Assembly (NCBI GenBank): GCA_944389925.1
Contig: CALXOD010000054.1
Span: 1,211-65,210, forward strand
Source: an uncultured Victivallaceae bacterium
Lineage (GTDB): Bacteria; Verrucomicrobiota; Lentisphaeria; Victivallales; Victivallaceae
DNA length: 64,000 bases
Direction: 5' to 3'
Both the position numbers and the translations under genes were made by a program. The notes beneath the pieces are model-generated. The model was not told where the DNA came from. It saw only the letters and a program-made list of their open reading frames with translations, and ran no database searches. Shown one piece after another: positions 8,029 through 16,623 of this stretch; position 1 is the first letter of the stretch, and every line of letters starts with the position of its first letter.

Positions 8029-10008
8029 ATGGCCGAATACCAGGTGATCGCCCGCAAATGGCGTCCGCAACGCTTTGCCGACGTCGTCGGTCAGGAACAT
8101 GTAGTCCGGACTCTGAAAAATGCCATCCGCCAGAACCGGACGGCACATGCCTATTTGTTCGTCGGTCCGCGCGGCGTGGGCAAAACCACACTGGCCCGAA
8201 TTTTCGCCAAAGCCATGAACTGCGAACATCCTCGCGACGGAGAACCCTGCTGCGAATGTCGCTCCTGCCTTGCCGTGGCGGCTGACAACAACCTGGATGT
8301 CATCGAAATCGACGCAGCAAGCCACAATTCCGCAGCGGAAATGCGCGAACTTGCCGAGGAAGTCCTGCATGCCCCGGTCGCCGGTCGTTACAAAATCTAC
8401 ATCATCGACGAAGTGCACATGCTCACCAAACAGGCATGGAACGCACTGCTCAAAACCGTTGAAGAACCGCCGGCACACGTCAAGTTCATTTTTGCCACCA
8501 CAGAAGTTCATCAGGTACTGCCGACCATCATTTCCCGATGCCAGCGTTTTGATCTGCTGCCGATACCCACCCGGCTGATTGCCGGGCGGCTGCAGCTGAT
8601 CACAGACACTGAAAACGTTAAAATCGAACCGGCGGCCATCAACGCCATTGCCCGTGCTGCCGAAGGCGGCATGCGTGATGCCCAGTCTCTGCTGGATCAA
8701 ATGATTGCGTTCTTCGCCACGGATGACGGACAGCCGATCACCGGTGAGCAGGTGCTGGCCCTTTTCGGCCTGACCGACCGGAGTGATCTGGACGCCATAC
8801 TGTCCGCCCTGCTGGAGAATCGCCCCGGCGACGTGGTCGCCCTGATCCACCGACTGGCACGCAAAGGGAAAAATCTGGAAACTTTGTTCGATGACGTTCT
8901 CGCCGCACTGCGTGGAATCCGCATTGCCCTGGTTCTGAAAAATCCGGGAGACATTCTGGATGAAGATCCGGAAACCGTGGAAACCTACCGGAATTTTGCG
9001 GCGGCCACGCCCGGAGACATTGTCCCGATACTGCTGGAAAATCTCGCCCCGGTCGGACGGGTTCTGCATGACGCATTGAACAAACAGGTCTATTTGGAAA
9101 CCATCCTGCTGAAAGCCATGCGCGAAGCCCATGCCGTGCGGATCAACGACATTCTGGCCCGCTTGAATCAGCTGCGCACGGCTGGAGAATTGCAGTTCCT
9201 TGACCGGCTGCCGACGGAAAAACCGGCGGCGCTCCCGGCGTCACTTCCCCCGGTGGAAAAAAAAACGGCTGATTCGGTAGTACCCGCCTCTCCGACCATG
9301 CCGGATCCCCCGCCGACGCCCCCATCCTCGTCTCATACCGAGCCCGAGGAACACGTTTTAACGGCGTCCCCCGAAGTGCAGGAAACACCGGACGCTCCCC
9401 GGAAATGGTTTGACCGGCTGGCGGCTGCCGCCTCCGGACTCTCCAGCGCCACCTATTTTCGCATGGGTACACCGGAAAGTATGCGGGAATCAATCCTGGC
9501 CGTGGGATTCGGGTTGAATGTATCTGCGGAAAATTACGAACGGCTCCATGCAGAGTTGCCGTCTTATCAGAAAATTTTTCAGGAATTGACCGGAGACTGG
9601 ACAAGTAATGTGATCTTCCGGCGTTTCGCCGAACCGGAACCGGTTCCGACCGATGCGCCGCCGGCCGTTGAACCGCTGATTCCGGTCTCCGCCCCCAATC
9701 CCCCCGCAGATGAATCAGTCTATGCGCCGGAACCGGTTGACCCGGTGGACGCGCTGTCTGAAGAAACGCCCATTCCGGATGCCGTTCCGGAACCAGAGGA
9801 AATGACAGCGGCGCCCGCCGTTGACGTGGTTGCGGCGGAACCGCCTTCGGAAACGACAGCGGCGGTACCTTCTCAGCTTTCCGGGCGACGTCACAGCATC
9901 ATCAATGACGATCCCCTGGCCATCGAACGGGCGGGGAAACGACCGGTCATCCGCGATATTCTCGATCTTTTCGGCGGAGAAGTGGTGGACATTCACGCAA
10001 AAAATTGA
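8029..10008 (+). CDS. dnaX: DNA polymerase III subunit tau (gamma/tau)
   Basis: 659-aa ORF with the AAA+ clamp-loader N-terminus (RKWRPQRFADVVGQEHV, GPRGVGKTT, IIDEVHML, SRC motif ISRCQRF) and zinc module CCECRSC. A Pro-rich linker and C-terminal tau domains follow. Confidence 0.95.
   Translation: MAEYQVIARKWRPQRFADVVGQEHVVRTLKNAIRQNRTAHAYLFVGPRGVGKTTLARIFAKAMNCEHPRDGEPCCECRSCLAVAADNNLDVIEIDAASHNSAAEMRELAEEVLHAPVAGRYKIYIIDEVHMLTKQAWNALLKTVEEPPAHVKFIFATTEVHQVLPTIISRCQRFDLLPIPTRLIAGRLQLITDTENVKIEPAAINAIARAAEGGMRDAQSLLDQMIAFFATDDGQPITGEQVLALFGLTDRSDLDAILSALLENRPGDVVALIHRLARKGKNLETLFDDVLAALRGIRIALVLKNPGDILDEDPETVETYRNFAAATPGDIVPILLENLAPVGRVLHDALNKQVYLETILLKAMREAHAVRINDILARLNQLRTAGELQFLDRLPTEKPAALPASLPPVEKKTADSVVPASPTMPDPPPTPPSSSHTEPEEHVLTASPEVQETPDAPRKWFDRLAAAASGLSSATYFRMGTPESMRESILAVGFGLNVSAENYERLHAELPSYQKIFQELTGDWTSNVIFRRFAEPEPVPTDAPPAVEPLIPVSAPNPPADESVYAPEPVDPVDALSEETPIPDAVPEPEEMTAAPAVDVVAAEPPSETTAAVPSQLSGRRHSIINDDPLAIERAGKRPVIRDILDLFGGEVVDIHAKN
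9257..9265 (+). other. A9 slippery run inside dnaX (candidate tau/gamma recoding site)
   Basis: GTG GAA AAA AAA ACG at codons 409-413. The -1 frame stops at TGA 9270-9272 and the +1 frame stops at TAG 9278-9280. Confidence 0.5.
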
Positions 10009-10044
10009 TTTTTTCTGAAACTCATACGATATAAAGGAGATCCC

Positions 10045-10362
10045 ATGTTCAGTAATCTTGGAGAAATGGCCAAACTCGTTCAAAAGGCCAAGGAAATGAA
10101 AAACAATGTTGCCCGGTTGAAAGAGGAACTGGCCAATTCCGAGTACTCCGCCGCCGCCCCCGGCGGTCAGGTCGTCGCCGTTGCCACCGGCGATTTCCGA
10201 CTGAAACGCATTACCGTGCTGCCGGCGGCAACCGCGGATCAGGAATTGCTCGAAGAACAGATTCTCACCGCGGTCAACAACGCACTGGACGCGGCTAAAA
10301 AGGCGGCTCAGAGCAAAATGTCCGAACTGACCGGCGGGTTGAATCTGCCCGGTTTGTTCTGA
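10045..10362 (+). CDS. ybaB: nucleoid-associated protein YbaB/EbfC
   Basis: 105-aa ORF with AAGGAG RBS. Family-typical sequence MAKLVQKAKEMKNNVARLKEEL...GGQVVAVATGDFRL. It occupies the conserved position downstream of dnaX. Confidence 0.9.
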   Translation: MFSNLGEMAKLVQKAKEMKNNVARLKEELANSEYSAAAPGGQVVAVATGDFRLKRITVLPAATADQELLEEQILTAVNNALDAAKKAAQSKMSELTGGLNLPGLF

Positions 10363-10383
10363 ATCAGCGCCTGGAGCGGGCCC

Positions 10384-10848
10384 ATGAGAACCTCCTGGAA
10401 CGATGAGACCGTGATCCGTGCCGCAGAAGAGCGGGATCTTCCGGTATTGAGCCGGTTGTTGACTCTTCTTTTTGAACTGGAGCAGGATTTCCGGCCCGAT
10501 CCGGAGCGCCAGATTGCGGGGCTCCGGCTGATGTTGAACTCCCCACGGGCGGTCGTACTGGTGGCGAAGGTCAACGGACAAATCGCAGGGCTGTGCGGCG
10601 TGCAATGCATCATCTCCACCGCGCAAGGAGCTGAAGCGGCTGTTATCGAAGACCTGGTACTGTTTCCGGAGTTCCGCCGAAAAGGCCTGGGGTCACGCCT
10701 GCTGGCCGAAGCGGAACGCTGGGCCCGTGCACGCGGCATTCGGCGAGTGCAGCTTCATTGCGATGATCTTAATCAACCCGCATTGGATTTTTACCGGAAG
10801 AACCACTGGGAGAAAACTCATCTGATTCCCTTTTTCAAGTTTCTGTAG
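10384..10848 (+). CDS. GNAT family N-acetyltransferase
   Basis: 154-aa ORF with the acetyl-CoA binding motif EDLVLFPEFRRKGLGSRLL and the C-terminal A/B motifs of the GNAT fold. Confidence 0.8.
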   Translation: MRTSWNDETVIRAAEERDLPVLSRLLTLLFELEQDFRPDPERQIAGLRLMLNSPRAVVLVAKVNGQIAGLCGVQCIISTAQGAEAAVIEDLVLFPEFRRKGLGSRLLAEAERWARARGIRRVQLHCDDLNQPALDFYRKNHWEKTHLIPFFKFL

Positions 10849-10923
10849 TGCTTCCGGAAACTTGCATCTCTTCCGCTTCCGGAGTATATTCCACGGCATA
10901 CCCGTAAAAAGTGAGGTTTTTAC

Positions 10924-11397
10924 ATGAAAAAAAATCATCGTTTCATAATTTTTTCCGCTCTGTCAGTCGGGCTCGCCCTCACATCGTTTTTGTGTGGCTG
11001 CAACGGGCAGAATGCCATTTCCCAGCAGGCAGTTTCCCCGGCGGAACGCCCTGCTCTCCCTTCCCCCATCGGAATCAAATGGCATCCGGTACGCATTGCC
11101 GGAACTTCGGACAAGACCCCGGATCAGGTACTGCTGCTGCTCTCCGAAGATGGCAGAGCAACCGGTTTCGCCGGAGTCAACTGTTTCTTCGGAATTTTTG
11201 AACGCTCCGGTGAAAACGGCTTGAAACTCAGCAGACTGTCCACCACCAGAATGGCCGGTCCCGACCTGCCGTATGAACAGAATTTTCTCAAACAACTGGA
11301 GCGGGTTGACCGTTTCGAACTGGCCGACGGGAGCTTGCGCCTCTTCGCCGGAACGGAAGAAGTAGCCGTATTTACCGCGGCCCGGGAGGAAAAATAA
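10924..11397 (+). CDS. META-domain (HslJ-like) lipoprotein
   Basis: 157-aa ORF with a signal peptide and lipobox LCGC. META-like motifs GFAGVNCFFG and STTRMAGP. Confidence 0.75.
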   Translation: MKKNHRFIIFSALSVGLALTSFLCGCNGQNAISQQAVSPAERPALPSPIGIKWHPVRIAGTSDKTPDQVLLLLSEDGRATGFAGVNCFFGIFERSGENGLKLSRLSTTRMAGPDLPYEQNFLKQLERVDRFELADGSLRLFAGTEEVAVFTAAREEK

Positions 11398-11399
11398 TC

Positions 11400-11864
11400 A
11401 TGAACCGTTATTTCTGTTATGCCGCCTTGCTGACCGGATGTTTACTCGCCGCCGCCGGATGCGCCTGGATGAATCCGGCAGACAGTTCGGAAGATTCTCA
11501 TCTGGAAAACATCTTCAAAGAATCCGCACAGGCGCTTCCCGGTGCCTGGAAACTGCGCCTTCTCGGCGAACGCTCCAGCACTCAGGAACCGGAGCTGGCG
11601 AAACTGACGCTGAACTTTACCGGTGAGCAGGTGAACGGATTCGCCGGTGTCAATCGCTTTTTCGGTGCCTATCGACTCAGTGGTGATGCCATTCAACTCG
11701 GGCCTTTAGGGATGACCATGATGGCCGGACCGGAAAGCGCCATGCAGCTGGAACGGGACTTCACTGCGGCTTTGAATAGCGCCGATCGCTGGGAAATTGA
11801 GGCGGGCAAACTGACTTTGTTCCAGGGGCAGCGCCGTCTGGCAGTTTTTGACCGGGCGCAGTAA
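11400..11864 (+). CDS. META-domain (HslJ-like) lipoprotein, tandem paralogue
   Basis: 154-aa ORF starting 2 nt after the previous gene. Lipobox AAAGC and motifs GFAGVNRFFG and GMTMMAGP. Confidence 0.75.
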   Translation: MNRYFCYAALLTGCLLAAAGCAWMNPADSSEDSHLENIFKESAQALPGAWKLRLLGERSSTQEPELAKLTLNFTGEQVNGFAGVNRFFGAYRLSGDAIQLGPLGMTMMAGPESAMQLERDFTAALNSADRWEIEAGKLTLFQGQRRLAVFDRAQ

Positions 11865-11892
11865 ATCGCCCTCCCCTCTCGGGGAAAGAAAT

Positions 11893-12609
11893 TCATGAAA
11901 GCTCCCGCCAGGACCGCAATCGACGCGCCTCCTCCCGGATGAGTTTACGCCGAAGCCGGTAGGCGGGGCAAAGCTGTTCCACCTCCTGCCAAAACCGGGA
12001 AGAATGGTTCATCTGTCGTCGGTGGGCGAGTTCATGTGCCACCACATATTCCAGCAACGGTTCCGGGCAAAGAACCAGCTTCCAGGAAAAATTCAAATTT
12101 CCGGCAGCCGAACACGAACCCCAGCGGCTGGACGCGGAGTTGATTTTTACTGTTCCATAAGAAATTCCATGCCGGGCAGCCAGCGCTTCCACTCGATCGT
12201 TGATCACATCCGCCGCCAACTGTCGGTAAATCAGCAGGATCTGCCGCCGGATCCCCGCCGGATCCGCGGCAGTCACACGAAAACAGACCCCATCGAAGCG
12301 CGGGCGTTTTCCAGGGGTTGTCTCCAGTCGGATTTCATATTCTTCCCCCAGCAGGGGCAGTCGGCCGCCGATACGGAAATCCAGCGGCGACTCCATGACG
12401 CTGACCTGCCGATCCTGTCGGAGCAGTCTCTGAATCAAATTCTGATGGTCATGAAGTAAAATCTCCGCATTCCGCATGGAAAATCCTTCGGGCAGCAGCA
12501 GCAGAACAGTTTGCCGCTCCACCGCCAAACCGATCCGGCGGCGGCGTGCCGAAAAACGCACCCGTACCGGCACACCCTCAAAGCAGAGATGACTTTCTGT
12601 ACTTTTCAT
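11893..12609 (-). CDS. YgjP-like (DUF45/M48-related) zinc metallohydrolase
   Basis: ORF 11893-12660, with the start probably at MKSTESH (12609). HExxH motif in VVAHELAHRRQMNHSSRFW. Confidence 0.7.
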   Translation of the reverse strand: MKSTESHLCFEGVPVRVRFSARRRRIGLAVERQTVLLLLPEGFSMRNAEILLHDHQNLIQRLLRQDRQVSVMESPLDFRIGGRLPLLGEEYEIRLETTPGKRPRFDGVCFRVTAADPAGIRRQILLIYRQLAADVINDRVEALAARHGISYGTVKINSASSRWGSCSAAGNLNFSWKLVLCPEPLLEYVVAHELAHRRQMNHSSRFWQEVEQLCPAYRLRRKLIREEARRLRSWRELS

Positions 12610-12781
12610 GGCGGATATGATATCCCGATTTCTCCGGAAGTCAACCATTTCCCCGCACATTTACCGAACAAAACACTTGAAAATGACACCAGAATGCATT
12701 ACATTGAGTGCGAGTAGCCATATCCAGGCATGGAACCAAGCAAACGGATTTCCCGGAAAATCCGAGGAGAAGGAGAATCGC

Positions 12782-13345
12782 ATGAGCAACATCGCCGATC
12801 TGTTGGACAATCTGGAAGAACATATGATGAAAACCGAAGAGGCGCTGCAGCACCAGTTCTCCGCCATCCGGACCGGCAAAGCCTCGCCGGCACTGGTGGA
12901 AAACGTCATGGTGGAATATTACGGCACCCCCACCCGACTCAAGGAGCTGGCGGGAATTACCGCCCCTGAACCGCGCCTTCTGGTCATTCAGCCCTGGGAT
13001 ACCAGCGCAGTGGCCGCAGTGGAAAAGGCATTGCTGGCATCCAATATCGGCATTACTCCGATGAGTGATGGACGCACGCTTAAGCTGCCGATTCCGGAAC
13101 TCAGCACTGAACGCCGTTCCGCCCTGAGCAAACAGGCCAAAGCCATTACGGAAGAAGCGAAAGTCGCTCTTCGTAATATCCGCCGTGATGGCAACGACGC
13201 CGTTAAAAAAGCCCAGAAAGACGGCGACCTGACCGAAGACGAACAAAAGAAGATGCTCGACGACATTCAGAAACTGACAGATCGTTACATCGCTGAACTG
13301 GATAAGAAACTCGCGACCAAAGAAAAAGAATTGATGACCGTTTAA
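12782..13345 (+). CDS. frr: ribosome recycling factor
   Basis: ORF 12608-13345. The start was moved to ATG 12782 (MSNIADLLDNLEEHM), which follows GAGGAGAAGGAGA. This gives a typical 187-aa Frr sequence (FSAIRTGKASPALVENV...LRNIRRDGND). Confidence 0.93.
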   Translation: MSNIADLLDNLEEHMMKTEEALQHQFSAIRTGKASPALVENVMVEYYGTPTRLKELAGITAPEPRLLVIQPWDTSAVAAVEKALLASNIGITPMSDGRTLKLPIPELSTERRSALSKQAKAITEEAKVALRNIRRDGNDAVKKAQKDGDLTEDEQKKMLDDIQKLTDRYIAELDKKLATKEKELMTV

Positions 13346-13368
13346 TCGTCCCGGAAACCGCGACCCAC

Positions 13369-15225
13369 ATGCGCGCCGGAAAAAAGAAAACTCGCACCGT
13401 CCCCCCTGCCCGGTCGGGACGGTTGCATTTTCTACGGAATCTCGCCTGGATCAGTCTGGGGGCGCTGGTTCTGCGTTTGATTGTCTCCTTTGAACTGGCC
13501 GCAGCCAACAACGGCTTCAACAGCGTGCTGCGCCCGTCGCGGTTTACTGATCTTGCCACTTATCTGCGCCTGTCTGAAGAGATTTCACGTGGTGTTTTCC
13601 CGGAAGAATTTTACTATCAGCCGTTTTACTATGCGGTATTTCTACCGTTGCTCCGGCTGTTTTCAAGCGGTAATCCCGCCTGGATCATTCTGTTTGCCCA
13701 ATCTCTGCTCGGCGCCGTCACCGTCTGGCTTTGCGGACTGATCGGAGCCCGGGTGTGGAGTCGCCGGGCTGGATTGCTGGCAGCGGGAATGACGGCCATT
13801 TCCACGCCGTTGTTGCTTTATACGCCGTTTGCCCAGAACGAGACCTTGCAGGCTTTCCTGCTGACCTGCCTGTTCTATCTCTCGCTTCGTGCCATGCGGA
13901 CCAGAAAACTGCGCGACTGGGCCGGCGTCGGCGTAACGGCGGGAGCGGCGATCCTGACCCGGGGCAACGCCCTGTTGTTTCTGCCGGTAATTGTCGCCGC
14001 ACAAATCTGGAACTGCCGCCGGCATGCCGGGAGTTTCCGGGCCGCCGCCCCCAGTACGGTTCTTTCCCTGATGATTCTGCTGGCCAGCTGTTGGGCGGTA
14101 CAGCTGCCTTTTATCCTGTACAATAGCCGCGCCCGCGGCACGTGGACCGGTCCCTCCACCGCCGCCAACGCGGTTCTGGCCCTGGGCAATACCCCGGAAG
14201 CACCACCGGGAGGGCGCAATCCGGGTCTGCCGGCGGGACCGATGGAATATCCAGAAACCTATGCGGATTTTATGGCTCGTGCGGCAAACCGTTCCGTACC
14301 GCTGCAAATGTGGGATTTTCTGTGCCGGGAACCGGGGGCCTTTCTGGAATTGCAAGCGCGCAAACTGCTGTTATTCTGGGACTCCCGGGAAATCCCCAAC
14401 AACGTTTCCCTGTATGGAGAAGGGACGCAAAGTATCCTCCTGCGCCTCCTGCTGCCCGGACGCAGTACCGTGTTGCTGCCGCTGATTCTGGCGGGCATGT
14501 TCTGGCTGGCTGCCGCGGCGATACGCAGACGACGAATCGCATGGTGGCTGCTCTATGGATTTGTCCTCATTTACTGGGGGGCGACGGCACTGTTCTACAT
14601 TCTTTCCCGATTCCGGGCGCCGATTCTACCGCTGGGGCTGATTTTCGCCGGAATCTTTCTGGACCGCGCCCTGCGTCAATATCGTGCAGGAGGAAGGCAG
14701 GCGCTCTACCGGGGAGCGGTTCCCGCGTTGTTGGGGGGGATTTTCATTGCTGTACCTGCTTACGATTTGTATCGCAGCTCCCTTGAAAGCGCGATTCACC
14801 GTCAGGTCCGGCCGAACGGGATTGTCGTATCGTTGCTCTCCGGAAAAAATCTGCGACTGGACCACGGCCCTTTCACCTTCGGCGACTGGAACTCATATTC
14901 GCTGCAACCTGGAACATTGCTGACCAAGAAATTCTCCGCCATGCCGGACCAGTGTGAAGCAGAGCTGGAGATCACATTCTTCGTACCGGAAGTTCCCGCC
15001 GCAATTGCCGGCCGGATTAACGACGTCCCGCTGCATCATATCTTCCACAAACCGGGGCTGGAAAAAGTACGGCTCCAACTGCCGGTTCGCCATGGTGAAA
15101 TCCGCTTTTCCGTCGATACGGTACAGGGAACACCTGCCCTGCTTTTCGATCGGCAGCGCAACTATGGACGTTCCGGTGCACCGAACCCCATCGATGGGGA
15201 ATGGATCATGCGTCTATATGATTAA
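13369..15225 (+). CDS. polytopic membrane glycosyltransferase, ArnT/PMT-like (GT39/GT83-type)
   Basis: 618-aa ORF with many hydrophobic segments across the first ~430 aa and a soluble C-terminal domain. The general architecture matches polyprenyl-phosphate-sugar dependent glycosyltransferases. Family-level guess only. Confidence 0.5.
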   Translation: MRAGKKKTRTVPPARSGRLHFLRNLAWISLGALVLRLIVSFELAAANNGFNSVLRPSRFTDLATYLRLSEEISRGVFPEEFYYQPFYYAVFLPLLRLFSSGNPAWIILFAQSLLGAVTVWLCGLIGARVWSRRAGLLAAGMTAISTPLLLYTPFAQNETLQAFLLTCLFYLSLRAMRTRKLRDWAGVGVTAGAAILTRGNALLFLPVIVAAQIWNCRRHAGSFRAAAPSTVLSLMILLASCWAVQLPFILYNSRARGTWTGPSTAANAVLALGNTPEAPPGGRNPGLPAGPMEYPETYADFMARAANRSVPLQMWDFLCREPGAFLELQARKLLLFWDSREIPNNVSLYGEGTQSILLRLLLPGRSTVLLPLILAGMFWLAAAAIRRRRIAWWLLYGFVLIYWGATALFYILSRFRAPILPLGLIFAGIFLDRALRQYRAGGRQALYRGAVPALLGGIFIAVPAYDLYRSSLESAIHRQVRPNGIVVSLLSGKNLRLDHGPFTFGDWNSYSLQPGTLLTKKFSAMPDQCEAELEITFFVPEVPAAIAGRINDVPLHHIFHKPGLEKVRLQLPVRHGEIRFSVDTVQGTPALLFDRQRNYGRSGAPNPIDGEWIMRLYD

Positions 15226-15270
15226 AATTACTCCCGTATCACCGCGTTTTCATAGCGGGCATGGCAATAC

Positions 15271-16365
15271 TCATGCTTCCGTACCGGGAGCCTCCTGTCC
15301 CTCCCGACGCACAGGATAATGATTGCGAATCGCCTCAAAAGCTTCCGGATGTTCGCGCAACGTGCCATCATCACGCACGACATCATAGGCCCCGTTGTTC
15401 AGGAAAATCTCCCGAAGATCCGACCGCCCGGAAAACGGTTCCGCTGAATCCGGTACCGGATCCGGCAGAGTCTGCGGATACCAAGTCAGCAGATCGTCGA
15501 TCCCAAAGTAACTCGCCAGCTTCCGCACACACTGGGCCGTACCGTTCGCTTTCCCATCGGCGGAATACCCGGCAATATGAGGCGTCCCGATCTCCACCCG
15601 CCGCAAGAGTTCCCGGCTGATCGCCGGTTCCCCCTCCCACACGTCCAGAACCGCTCCTGCCAACGAGCGCTGCGCCAGCGCAGCAAGCAAGGCGGCATTG
15701 TCACAAACCTCTCCCCGCGAAGTATTCAAAAGAAACGCAGTTCTCCGCATCTTCCCCAGAAATGCTTCATCCACCAGATGCCGGGTCCGCCACGGGCCGT
15801 CCTCGGTCAAAGGAACATGAAAAGTCAAAAAATCGGCCTGTTCACGGATTTCTTCCAGCGTAACGAAATGCTCGTTTCCTTCCCGTTGTGCCCGTGGGGG
15901 ATCGTTCAACAGCACCGTCATTCCCAGGGCGCGCCCCGCCGCCGCCACCAGCGTTCCCACGTGTCCCACGCCTACGACCCCCAACACTTTCCCGGCAAGA
16001 GACAGATCGTAGCGGAGTGCCAGCCGCAGCAATGCCGATACCACATACTGCCGCACCGAACCGGCATTGCAGCCGGGCGCATTGCACCAATCAATATGAG
16101 CCTTTTTCAGGTAGGTCAGATCCAGATGATCAAATCCAATGGTTGCGGTCAATATCAGCCGTACCGGAGTCCCGCTCAACAAGGCGGCATCACACCGGGT
16201 TCTCGTCCGGGTGAGCAAGACTGCGGCATCGCTCAAATCCGACTGCGAAATCGCTCCCCCCGGCAGATACACCACCTCCCGGAAGTAAGGTTCCAGCACG
16301 CCCCGTAAAAAAGGGATCCGGTCATCGGCGACAATCTTGTACGGCAGAGTCTTCGACACGGCCAT
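15271..16365 (-). CDS. pdxB: 4-phosphoerythronate dehydrogenase
   Basis: 364-aa ORF with a D-2-hydroxyacid dehydrogenase fold (GVVGVGHVG, NTSRGEV, DVWEGEP, TPHIAGYS). PdxB-type N-terminus and C-terminal dimerisation extension. Confidence 0.85.
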   Translation of the reverse strand: MAVSKTLPYKIVADDRIPFLRGVLEPYFREVVYLPGGAISQSDLSDAAVLLTRTRTRCDAALLSGTPVRLILTATIGFDHLDLTYLKKAHIDWCNAPGCNAGSVRQYVVSALLRLALRYDLSLAGKVLGVVGVGHVGTLVAAAGRALGMTVLLNDPPRAQREGNEHFVTLEEIREQADFLTFHVPLTEDGPWRTRHLVDEAFLGKMRRTAFLLNTSRGEVCDNAALLAALAQRSLAGAVLDVWEGEPAISRELLRRVEIGTPHIAGYSADGKANGTAQCVRKLASYFGIDDLLTWYPQTLPDPVPDSAEPFSGRSDLREIFLNNGAYDVVRDDGTLREHPEAFEAIRNHYPVRREGQEAPGTEA

Positions 16366-16372
16366 CTCCTTC

Positions 16373-16597
16373 TCAATGATTGAAAAGCGACTGATTCTTG
16401 CCGATCCAATGCCGGACTACCGGCTCCAGGATAAAGTCTTCCAGCCGGCTGTCCCGGGGCAATGCCTGATTACAGAAAGGACAATATGGGAAAATCTCCA
16501 CATCCGCTGCCTGCAATTCCTCTCCACAGGCAGGGCAGTGCATTTCCAGTTTGCCGGAAAAATCACGTTGATACATCGTCCGGGTTCTCAAAGTCAT
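16373..16597 (-). CDS. small zinc-ribbon protein, unknown function
   Basis: 74-aa ORF with CPACG...CPFCN. It is packed between the CPA2 transporter gene (26-nt gap) and pdxB (7-nt gap) on the same strand. Confidence 0.5.
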   Translation of the reverse strand: MTLRTRTMYQRDFSGKLEMHCPACGEELQAADVEIFPYCPFCNQALPRDSRLEDFILEPVVRHWIGKNQSLFNH

Positions 16598-16623
16598 TTT
16601 CTCTCCTCCCCCCCCTCATCATT

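Noticed and set aside
7969-9132. 387-aa minus-strand ORF
   Set aside because: It is antisense to dnaX and is a shadow ORF.
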